The translations under genes and the position numbers were made by a program. From Eledone cirrhosa (lineage: Eukaryota), in assembly GCA_964016885.1 (NCBI GenBank), contig OZ024740.1, positions 239,072,001 to 239,136,000 on the forward strand: a stretch of 64,000 bases of DNA, in the 5' to 3' direction. Under the pieces are notes generated by a model. The model saw nothing but the letters and a program-made list of their open reading frames with translations. It did not search any database and was not told the DNA's origin. Shown here piece by piece: positions 40,142 through 52,510 of the stretch (its first letter is position 1; every line of letters starts with the position of its first letter).

Positions 40142-40743
40142 ATACTTTGGGAGGGTCATGTTGCCAATAAGAAACACACGCACCAGTTGCTTTCACTTCA
40201 ATTTATTATAATAAATTTATAATAAATTTATAAATTTATAAATTTCTGGTTGGTTGGTTGGTTCCACAACCAGATAGTTGTTTATATATTGTCATAGTTC
40301 TTTCGTCACACACTCTATTACAATTAAGGACAAAATGAAAACACACACACACATAGAACAAACAACCAACCAGTAACATGTAAATAAACAAATAAATAAA
40401 TGAACATAAACACACACAGACACCCGGATGTGGCGCATGCGCAGACTGAGCACACAACACACACACAGAAACAAAATGGCGTAGGACAGAACAAAGGAGA
40501 GGCACAAAAACAAAGAAAGGAATCGCCAGTCACTGAAGAGGTCACAGAGTGTGTGACGAAAGAACTATGAAAATATATAAACAACCAGAAATTTATAAAT
40601 TTATAAATTTATTATAATAAATTGAAATGAAAGCGTCTGGTGCGTGTGTTTCTTATTGGCAACATGACCCTCCCAAAGTATAACAAAATCGATTTCAACA
40701 CACGATTTCAGATAAAGAATCTTGCTAAACAAATTCAGAAACG

Positions 40744-40744
<1 letters not shown>
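40137..40744 (+). mobile_element. fold-back HHR mini-element (multi-copy family)
   Basis: GTCA-CTGAAGA-G-GTCACA/TGTGAC-GAAAG-AA-CTA-TGA at 40529-40570; inverted arms; tail 40687-40744. Confidence 0.8.
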
Positions 40745-40777
<33 letters not shown>

Positions 40778-40934
40778 ATATATGTATATATGTATATATA
40801 TATATATATATAAATATAGACATAGAATATTCGAAAATATTCTGTATGTTTATAATAAACATTTTGAAGACCTAATCGCTATAGAATAGAATACGTCACG
40901 TATTACAATTAGATTCTCGATAAAAGCAAGGGAA

Positions 40935-40977
40935 GTAATCTACGCGTTTCATTCTCGTTAGAAATCATCAGGACTAC
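40935..40977 (-). ncRNA. type I HHR, first array unit (repeats every 310 bp)
   Basis: Reverse complement of the motif at 45550-45592. Confidence 0.85.
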
Positions 40978-43900
40978 ATATCCAGTGCTTTTATCGAGAA
41001 TGACACAGCTAGAGACTTATAGAATACTTAGCTGTGTACAGGAACTGGTTTGAAAGAGCGGTTGCCGGTCCGGCAGAAATTAGAAATTGGAATAAATGCT
41101 CTGAAATAGCGATATATATGTGAATATAGACATAGAATATTCGAAAATATTCTGTATGTTTATAATAAACATTTTGAAGACCTAATCGCTATAGAATAGA
41201 ATACGTCACGTATTACAATTAGATTCTCGATAAAAGCAAGGGAAGTAATCTACGCGTTTCATTCTCGTTAGAAATCATCAGGACTACATATCCAGTGCTT
41301 TTATCGAGAATGACACAGCTAGAGACTTATAGAATACTTAGCTGTGTACAGGAACTGGTTTGAAAGAGCGGTTGCCGGTCCGGCAGAAATTAGAAATTGG
41401 AATAAATGCTCTGAAATAGCGATATATATGTGAATATAGACATAGAATATTCGAAAATATTCTGTATGTTTATAATAAACATTTTGAAGACCTAATCGCT
41501 ATAGAATAGAATACGTCACGTATTACAATTAGATTCTCGATAAAAGCAAGGGAAGTAATCTACGCGTTTCATTCTCGTTAGAAATCATCAGGACTACATA
41601 TCCAGTGCTTTTATCGAGAATGACACAGCTAGAGACTTATAGAATACTTAGCTGTGTACAGGAACTGGTTTGAAAGAGCGGTTGCCGGTCCGGCAGAAAT
41701 TAGAAATTGGAATAAATGCTCTGAAATAGCGATATATATGTGAATATAGACATAGAATATTCGAAAATATTCTGTATGTTTATAATAAACATTTTGAAGA
41801 CCTAATCGCTATAGAATAGAATACGTCACGTATTACAATTAGATTCTCGATAAAAGCAAGGGAAGTAATCTACGCGTTTCATTCTCGTTAGAAATCATCA
41901 GGACTACATATCCAGTGCTTTTATCGAGAATGACACAGCTAGAGACTTATAGAATACTTAGCTGTGTACAGGAACTGGTTTGAAAGAGCGGTTGCCGGTC
42001 CGGCAGAAATTAGAAATTGGAATAAATGCTCTGAAATAGCGATATATATGTGAATATAGACATAGAATATTCGAAAATATTCTGTATGTTTATAATAAAC
42101 ATTTTGAAGACCTAATCGCTATAGAATAGAATACGTCACGTATTACAATTAGATTCTCGATAAAAGCAAGGGAAGTAATCTACGCGTTTCATTCTCGTTA
42201 GAAATCATCAGGACTACATATCCAGTGCTTTTATCGAGAATGACACAGCTAGAGACTTATAGAATACTTAGCTGTGTACAGGAACTGGTTTGAAAGAGCG
42301 GTTGCCGGTCCGGCAGAAATTAGAAATTGGAATAAATGCTCTGAAATAGCGATATATATGTGAATATAGACATAGAATATTCGAAAATATTCTGTATGTT
42401 TATAATAAACATTTTGAAGACCTAATCGCTATAGAATAGAATACGTCACGTATTACAATTAGATTCTCGATAAAGCAAGGGAAGTAATCTACGCGTTTCA
42501 TTCTCGTTAGAAATCATCAGGACTACATATCCAGTGCTTTTATCGAGAATGACACAGCTAGAGACTTATAGAATACTTAGCTGTGTACAGGAACTGGTTT
42601 GAAAGAGCGGTTGCCGGTCCGGCAGGAATTAGAAATTGGAATAAATGTTCTGAAATAGCGATATATATGTGAATATAGACATAGAATATTCGAAAATATT
42701 CTGTATGTTTATAATAAACATTTTGAAGACCTAATCGCTATAGAATAGAATACGTCACGTATTACAATTAGATTCTCGATAAAAGCAAGGGAAGTAATCT
42801 ACGCGTTTCATTCTCGTTAGAAATCATCAGGACTACATATCCAGTGCTTTTATCGAGAATGACACAGCTAGAGACTTATAGAATACTTAGCTGTGTACAG
42901 GAACTGGTTTGAAAGAGCGGTTGCCGGTCCGGCAGAAATTAGAAATTGGAATAAATGCTCTGAAATAGCGATATATATGTGAATATAGACATAGAATATT
43001 CGAAAATATTCTGTATGTTTATAATAAACATTTTGAAGACCTAATCGCTATAGAATAGAATACGTCACGTATTACAATTAGATTCTCGATAAAAGCAAGG
43101 GAAGTAATCTACGCGTTTCATTCTCGTTAGAAATCATCAGGACTACATATCCAGTGCTTTTATCGAGAATGACACAGCTAGAGACTTATAGAATACTTAG
43201 CTGTGTACAGGAACTGGTTTGAAAGAGCGGTTGCCGGTCCGGCAGAAATTAGAAATTGGAATAAATGCTCTGAAATAGCGATATATATGTGAATATAGAC
43301 ATAGAATATTCGAAAATATTCTGTATGTTTATAATAAACATTTTGAAGACCTAATCGCTATAGAATAGAATACGTCACGTATTACAATTAGATTCTCGAT
43401 AAAAGCAAGGGAAGTAATCTACGCGTTTCATTCTCGTTAGAAATCATCAGGACTACATATCCAGTGCTTTTATCGAGAATGACACAGCTAGAGACTTATA
43501 GAATACTTAGCTGTGTACAGGAACTGGTTTGAAAGAGCGGTTGCCGGTCCGGCAGAAATTAGAAATTGGAATAAATGCTCTGAAATAGCGATATATATGT
43601 GAATATAGACATAGAATATTCGAAAATATTCTGTATGTTTATAATAAACATTTTGAAGACCTAATCGCTATAGAATAGAATACGTCACGTATTACAATTA
43701 GATTCTCGATAAAAGCAAGGGAAGTAATCTACGCGTTTCATTCTCGTTAGAAATCATCAGGACTACATATCCAGTGCTTTTATCGAGAATGACACAGCTA
43801 GAGACTTATAGAATACTTAGCTGTGTACAGGAACTGGTTTGAAAGAGCGGTTGCCGGTCCGGCAGAAATTAGAAATTGGAATAAATGCTCTGAAATAGCG

Positions 43901-45525
43901 ATATATATGTGAATATAGACATAGAATATTCGAAAATATTCTGTATGTTTATAATAAACATTTTGAAGACCTAATCGCTATAGAATAGAATACGTCACGT
44001 ATTACAATTAGATTCTCGATAAAAGCAAGGGAAGTAATCTACGCGTTTCATTCTCGTTAGAAATCATCAGGACTACATATCCAGTGCTTTTATCGAGAAT
44101 GACACAGCTAGAGACTTATAGAATACTTAGCTGTGTACAGGAACTGGTTTGAAAGAGCGGTTGCCGGTCCGGCAGAAATTAGAAATTGGAATAAATGCTC
44201 TGAAATAGCGATATATATGTGAATATAGACATAGAATATTCGAAAATATTCTGTATGTTTATAATAAACATTTTGAAGACCTAATCGCTATAGAATAGAA
44301 TACGTCACGTATTACAATTAGATTCTCGATAAAAGCAAGGGAAGTAATCTACGCGTTTCATTCTCGTTAGAAATCATCAGGACTACATATCCAGTGCTTT
44401 TATCGAGAATGACACAGCTAGAGACTTATAGAATACTTAGCTGTGTACAGGAACTGGTTTGAAAGAGCGGTTGCCGGTCCGGCAGAAATTAGAAATTGGA
44501 ATAAATGCTCTGAAATAGCGATATATATGTGAATATAGACATAGAATATTCGAAAATATTCTGTATGTTTATAATAAACATTTTGAAGACCTAATCGCTA
44601 TAGAATAGAATACGTCACGTATTACAATTAGATTCTCGATAAAAGCAAGGGAAGTAATCTACGCGTTTCATTCTCGTTAGAAATCATCAGGACTACATAT
44701 CCAGTGCTTTTATCGAGAATGACACAGCTAGAGACTTATAGAATACTTAGCTGTGTACAGGAACTGGTTTGAAAGAGCGGTTGCCGGTCCGGCAGAAATT
44801 AGAAATTGGAATAAATGCTCTGAAATAGCGATATATATGTGAATATAGACATAGAATATTCGAAAATATTCTGTATGTTTATAATAAACATTTTGAAGAC
44901 CTAATCGCTATAGAATAGAATACGTCACGTATTACAATTAGATTCTCGATAAAAGCAAGGGAAGTAATCTACGCGTTTCATTCTCGTTAGAAATCATCAG
45001 GACTACATATCCAGTGCTTTTATCGAGAATGACACAGCTAGAGACTTATAGAATACTTAGCTGTGTACAGGAACTGGTTTGAAAGAGCGGTTGCCGGTCC
45101 GGCAGAAATTAGAAATTGGAATAAATGCTCTGAAATAGCGATATATATGTGAATATAGACATAGAATATTCGAAAATATTCTGTATGTTTATAATAAACA
45201 TTTTGAAGACCTAATCGCTATAGAATAGAATACGTCACGTATTACAATTAGATTCTCGATAAAAGCAAGGGAAGTAATCTACGCGTTTCATTCTCGTTAG
45301 AAATCATCAGGACTACATATCCGTATTCTATTCTATAGCGATTAGGTCTTCAAAATGTTTATTATAAACATACAGAATATTTTCGAATATTCTATGTCTA
45401 TATTCACATATATATCGCTATTTCAGAGCATTTATTCCAATTTCTAATTTCTGCCGGACCGGCAACCGCTCTTTCAAACCAGTTCCTGTACACAGCTAAG
45501 TATTCTATAAGTCTCTAGCTGTGTC

Positions 45526-45614
45526 ATTCTCGATAAAAGCACTGGATATGTAGTCCTGATGATTTCTAACGAGAATGAAACGCGTAGATTACTTCCCTTG
45601 CTTTTATCGAGAAT
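45526..45614 (+). ncRNA. type I HHR with extended stem I
   Basis: GTAGTC-CTGATGA-T-TTCT-AACG-AGAA-T-GAAAC-GC-GTA-GATTAC plus a 16-bp distal helix ATTCTCGATAAAAGCA/TGCTTTTATCGAGAAT. Confidence 0.87.
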
Positions 45615-45745
45615 CTAATTGTAATACGTGACGTATTCTATTCTATAGCGATTAGGTCTTCAAAATGTTTATTATAAACATACAGAATATTTTCGAATAT
45701 TCTATGTCTATATTCACATATATATCGCTATTTCAGAGCATTTAT

Positions 45746-45797
<52 letters not shown>

Positions 45798-45798
45798 G

Positions 45799-45852
<54 letters not shown>

Positions 45853-45855
<3 letters not shown>

Positions 45856-45931
45856 GGTGTCCGAAAAAATTATATACATGCTTCAACAGCATTCTAATCA
45901 ATGTGTATATACATGTTTTTGGGACGCACTG
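45853..45931. mobile_element. Tc1/mariner-type MITE
   Basis: TIR CAGGGTGTCCGAAAAA / TTTTTGGGACGCACTG, preceded by TA. Confidence 0.6.
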
Positions 45932-46298
45932 TTTAGATAGATATATTAGTGTTTGCATGTCAGCTGAATGAAACTAACATATTAATAGCGAGAAGTGGTT
46001 CTAACCGGTTTGAATAGTCGTTAGATGTGTTAACTGACACCTTGAGAGGTTTCATTGTAAACATCATGAATTGGCATCACTCCCATACGGTCAATGTTTA
46101 CAAATTGTAATATTCATACAATGTGATATATAGTTTGTTCCTGACCTATAAATCTATATTATCACTTACTATTCTCTTCAACAGTAAGTTTTCTAATTTT
46201 AGAACAATTATTATTTTAAAAGCACCAGTAATGCACTGGGGTTAATCTGATCGACTTCCCCTCCTCTTAAATCAGAAACCATTATTTTAAAAGCTAAT

Positions 46299-46482
46299 GG
46301 TGGGTTGGCAGTATCGGTAGAGGGTCGGACGCCATGCTTTCCAGCATAGTTACGTCCCTTTACGATATGAGTTCAAATCCGGCCGAGGTTGACTTTGCCT
46401 TTCCTCCTTACGGGGTCGATAAAATAAAGTACCAGTAATGCACTGGGTAATTGCTGGTCTTGTGCCTAAAGTAGAAATAATT
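46299..46482 (+). mobile_element. SINE family A with TSD
   Basis: ATTATTTTAAAAGCTAAT duplicated at 46281 and 46480. Confidence 0.9.
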
Positions 46483-46868
46483 ATTTTAAAAGCTAATATC
46501 GTCGCTTAATGCTCTGTACTACATGAGACCGCATTTGTAAAACTTCCATGAAAAGAACAAAATCCGTCTTTGCTCTAATACCGCACTTGCCACAAAGATC
46601 TGGCCATTAATAAAGATACTATAAGCACTTGAATTAACAAAGCTTATTTTTAGATATTTTCTGCTAAATCCTTTCAGGATGTTAAAAGTTATTCATTATC
46701 TATCGTGGACTGACTGGAGGGAAAATCATACAAAGGTTTAAGGACTGATTTTCTTATCATGCATACCAGTGCATTTTGATTGGTCAGACATATGATCAAA
46801 GTCATTCTAAGCGTGATCGACCCACATTTTAGGGATATGTAGGACAACATTATTTCATCTGCCCAATT

Positions 46869-47056
46869 GGCAGTATTGGCAGTATCGGTAGAGAGTCGGA
46901 CGTCATGCTTTGACGCATAGAGTTACGGCCCTTGCCATTCTGAGTTCAAATCCCGCCAAGGTTAACTTTGCCTTTCATGCTTACGGGGTCGATAAAATAA
47001 AGTACCAGTAATGTACTGGGTATTTGCTGGCCTTGTGCCAAAAGTAGAAACAATTA
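46869..47056 (+). mobile_element. SINE family A with TSD
   Basis: TTATTTCATCTGCCCAATT duplicated at 46850 and 47054. Confidence 0.9.
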
Positions 47057-47444
47057 TTTCATCTGCCCAATTCTTATTCAAAATGGTAGAATCGGCCGCT
47101 ATTTCAAGAGATACCTGCAACCATGCATATGTTCCTTCTTGGAACAATGGATCAGATAAATGCGCATGATAGGATTAAATGATATGGTACTAGAAAGTCG
47201 GTGAAACACTGTTAACCTATTTGATAAGGTTTTGAATAAAAGCTAAAAGCTCTAGTGAGGAATGGAATGTACTAGTGTCTAAGGTGTCAAAATAGGTATT
47301 AGTGATGTTGTCTACATGTGGTAATTCTTGAGACGAATTAAATCCTTTTGAAGCCCTAAAAACTTAAAATGTTACAGTACCTCTCTTCTCTTGATGTCGT
47401 AAGTATGTGTTTATTTTGTTTAATGGTTAATCCGACTCAAGGTG

Positions 47445-47514
<70 letters not shown>

Positions 47515-48494
47515 GATAAATCTACCAAGAGTTTACGGTAGTGTCCAATCCGTATGAAGAACTCAATGTATTCCGGATATCATGGAAAGAAGAGATGTAA
47601 TGAAAAATCACTTTCGGTGAAAGATAAACGGAATACAGAGTCAAGATAAAATATTAAACAAATAATGAATAAAACAATGAAACAGTTCCTTATATTAAAC
47701 AAAAAAGTTCATTATTTAACGATCGTTTCTAGGATATATATGTGTTAGAATTGGCATGCATATTCAACAGATCTATGTACAAAATTATACAAAATTATAC
47801 AAACTATCAAGATTAAATATACATACCAAACACACATATATGCCGTCTTCAGAAATAATGAAATATATTTATTGATAATAACAACAATTCAAAATTTCAG
47901 GTCCGTTTGGGAACGGAGTTCAAAATTGACCAATGAAAATACAAAAAGTTTTATGCAGTTTGGTGTGTGTATATACATGTAACTAACCCCGTACACATAT
48001 TTATACAAAGATATATGCTCAACATGCATACGCATGCCAAAAAGATGTATGCAAATACAAAAAAATTTAAGGCTAATGTCTCTGTAAGTTTATAATCCAC
48101 AGATAAAATGCGTATAGACACATAAATATGAAATAAGTGTATACACATATTCTCATACTCACACATATCCATACACTCACACACACGCGCGCGTATATGC
48201 ATAAACATACACATAATTACGAACATACATACACACACACACCCCCACACACATATATATGTGGATATAATATTATCATAAGCACATGGATATTAATTCA
48301 CTCACATAAACACTGCCACACACATTTAGATCAAGATACAGAAATTAGGTGGGAGGGGGGGAGAGGTCAGTATTCAACTGTTTGGGCAGACTGCTTATTT
48401 ATAGATGTATCTATAAACTTCGAAATAAAAAGAAAAGAAAAAGAAAAAAGAAAAAAGAAATATATCAAGAAAATATATATATATATATATACAC

Positions 48495-48572
<78 letters not shown>

Positions 48573-48615
48573 CTACACATACAACACACACACACACACA
48601 TATATAAACATATAC

Positions 48616-48646
<31 letters not shown>

Positions 48647-49055
48647 TACATATATATATATACATATATATACACACATATATACACATATATACACACA
48701 CATATATAGACACGCATATATATACACATACACGCACATATACATACACATACATACTTATATACATACAGACATACACATACATACATATATATACACA
48801 CATATACATACAGACATACATACATACATACACACATACACACATACATACACACACATACATACTCATACATAGACATAGAAATATATTCACCCACACA
48901 TACGTACTTATATATACGCATATATATAAATACTTACGCATCCATATATCGGTATATACATACAAAACACCACTACACTCTCACACAACTCAGACATACA
49001 AAGAAAAAGGTATATACATATACACATATACACATACAACTAGAGATACATATAC

Positions 49056-49086
<31 letters not shown>

Positions 49087-49705
49087 CACATACATATATA
49101 TAAATACATACGCATCCATATATGCGTATATACATACAAACACCACTACACTCTCACACAACTCAGACATACAAAGAAAAAGGTATATACATATACATAT
49201 ATACACACATTAATAGAGATACATATACACATATATATATATATATATACACATACATTTATATATATACCCACACACACATACAACCATAAACACACAT
49301 ACAAACACATACATACACACATATATATACATATATATACACACACACAAAAACACACATACACATATATATTTTTACACATACATATACATATATATAC
49401 ATATACACACCTTCACATATATATATATACACATAAGTTATATTATAATAATAAATAATATATATATATACACATACGAATACATATATATACACACATA
49501 GATATACACATTCATATATACACACACACACACACACTCACATATATATGTGCGCACACGTACATATATACACATACACACATATAGACATAAACATATA
49601 CATGTGCATACATGTACATACACACATATACACACATAGATACGAAGATAGACATATATATAGAGAGACATACATATACATACACATATATACATACACA
49701 TACAT

Positions 49706-49788
<83 letters not shown>

Positions 49789-50581
49789 TACATGCCCACA
49801 CATATATACACATATACACACATATATATATATACATACACATATATATACACATGTATATATACACACATATATATACATACATATATATATACACACA
49901 ATCATACATTCTTATTTGCATGCGCATATATGTATTTTTATACTCAGATATAAACACCCAAACATATATACACCTACCTACATATATATTCATACATACA
50001 CGCTTACAAACACAAATGATAATAGTATGGGGGAAAAGGGGGGGGGGTGGTGGAGAAGGGGATTATAGTAAATATATGTTTCAAGAAACATAGAATATTA
50101 ATCTGTATTTGGATCTCAATATATGTTTTTACATAGTTTCAGTGTTAGGAAATGCAAGAAATAAGGCAAAATTATGCATTTCAAAATAAGTATACCATTA
50201 ATTATATGTTAACTAAACTAAAGAAAGTTAACATATTGATTTCTAAGGTGTAAATTAGTTAGGTTTATAATATTTGAAGCAGAATTTTGAAGTTAAATAG
50301 TAGTAGAGTATTAATTATAGTATAACTAAATTAAAGTTATTAACGTTATGGTATCAATATTAGGAAATGAATTTAGTAATAGGGAAAAAACAAATAAAGT
50401 ATTACATCGGTAGTAGAATATAAATTATAGGTTAACTAAATTAAAAATTATATATTAATTTCTATAGTATATGTTAATTAGGTATATAATAAATAAAACA
50501 GATATTGTATTTTATCAATAGCAGAATATAATTATATGCAAATAGAAATCAAAATTAATACATATACACATACATATACAT

Positions 50582-50634
<53 letters not shown>

Positions 50635-51136
50635 AACATACATACACATACATATACATACATACATATACATATTTTTTCAAAAATTGCAAAGAATATA
50701 TTAACTAGGTATACATCCAAAACACATCCCATTCTATGATTACATGACACTCTGCAATCCGTCTGTATTAGGATACTAATTTTAAGCCAATTAAATTAAA
50801 TTTTTAGGTTGACTAAATTTAAAACCAAATTATAAATATATTTCTAAAATGTATATTAATTAGGTCTATAATACTAAAAATTATTTCTCTGTCATTGGAT
50901 ACACGATATTTTGTTATATTTTATCTGTAAAGGAATTTTAATAAAGGGTTAAATAAATTAAAATTAATCTATAAATTAAATTACTAAGTATATATTAGTA
51001 ATATTTAAAGGTTTTTCACAATTTATGATTACACAATATTTTATATTCTCATCTGTAGTAGAATTTTAATTAAATTAAATTTATAGGTTAACTAACATTT
51101 AAATTAAATTATATATTAATTTCTAAAATAATGTTA

Positions 51137-52510
51137 TTAATTAGGTTTATAATATTTAAATGTTTTTTTTAGTTTATGATTACACGATATAATTAATTCC
51201 TGTCGTTTATTTAATAGGATATCCTTAGATTTCATTATTTCAAATAGTTCTTGGGAACATAATCTACATTCATTTCTATTATTTTGATAAGGGGTGGCTC
51301 TTTTGAGCACACTCCAGGTCAAATCATATTCTATATTCTTATTTTTATAACTATTGATTTTTTCTGCTAGAGATGTTGTATTAGCCAGTGCGGCATTTTT
51401 AAAACTATGCTTGTGGGTATTAAACCTTGTCTTAAAATTGTTAGAAGTAGCTCCTATATATGAGCAAATAGAATCTTTAGTTTTAACATTACATTTATAG
51501 ACTATGTTGTTAACAAGACAATTCCCTTTTAATGGGCAGTTTGCTTTGTTTCTACAGTTACAACCTTTCGTTAATTCTGTATTTGAGGAGATATTATGGT
51601 TAATTTGATGTATTGGTGGTATACCTATGGTTTTCTTACATTTATATGCATTATAGGCACTTATATTTTGTTTTATGTTATTTGTTGTTGAGTATGAGAA
51701 TTTAACTGTAGACCTATTTAAGATTTGATGGTATTTGTGGTTTGGCGGGAAGTTTTTCTCTAGGATATAAAAAAATTTTTTAGCAATATTATCCTTAATT
51801 TGTAAATTAAATGGAGCATTATACCAAGTAACCCGTCTATTACGGTTTCTATGTTGTTTATTATTTTTATTATTTTTATAGGTTGTATCGTGATGTTTAC
51901 TAGGAGGATTAATGTTAATGATCTCACCACAACCATTTTTAGTTATATTTGTAGATTTAGGTGTTTTATCTTTTTTATTAGGAGTTTTATTATTAATATT
52001 TATTAGAGTTGTATGATGAGTAGTTTTTTGAGAGTTACTATATTTTATATTAGAAGATTTGGTATTTTGGGGTATAGTGTGGGTGGCATTTAGGTGTGTA
52101 CTTTTCATTTGGTGTTTGTTGGTAATATTAGGTTGTATGCTTTTAGTATTTTTAGTAGAAGGTATATATTCTAATCTATTTTTGTGGCCACTTCTATCTA
52201 GAGCTTCGTTATAGAAGGTCGCATTTTTATCAAATACATCTTGGTTAGAAGAAAGGTTAGAAATTCTAAGTGATATATTATATGCAAGGTTTTTAATGAT
52301 AGATTTAGGGTGATTAGATTGTGAGTGTATGTAATGTAAGTTTTGGTTTGGTTTATGGTAAGGTTGGTAGATACCCGTAGCTAAATCTAAAGTTATATCT
52401 AGGAAATTTACTACTTTACTTGTTTTTTCAAAAGTAATATGAAGATTATAATAGTCTTTAAGGAAAGTTCTAATATGTTTTTTGTTTTTTTCTATTTCTG
52501 AAAGGCTAAG
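51137..52510 (-). pseudogene. inverted partial copy of the PLE ORF (RT end, linker, GIY-YIG)
   Basis: ORF 51137-52108 is identical to the last 323 aa of ORF 52482-54842. Confidence 0.9.

Larger units (their letters stand above)
40812..45751 (-). repeat. 310-bp tandem array with one hammerhead per unit (retrozyme-like) and an inverted terminal segment
   Basis: Marker CATAGAATAT at 40821, 41131, 41441...45160 (15 starts; one unit is 309 bp). Strand switch at 45322/45323; inverted ~1.4 units to 45751; (AT)n on both sides. Confidence 0.95.

Noticed and set aside
40812-45751. CRISPR array or rDNA/tRNA repeat
   Set aside because: Units are identical with no unique spacers, there are no cas genes, and no rRNA or tRNA signature is visible.
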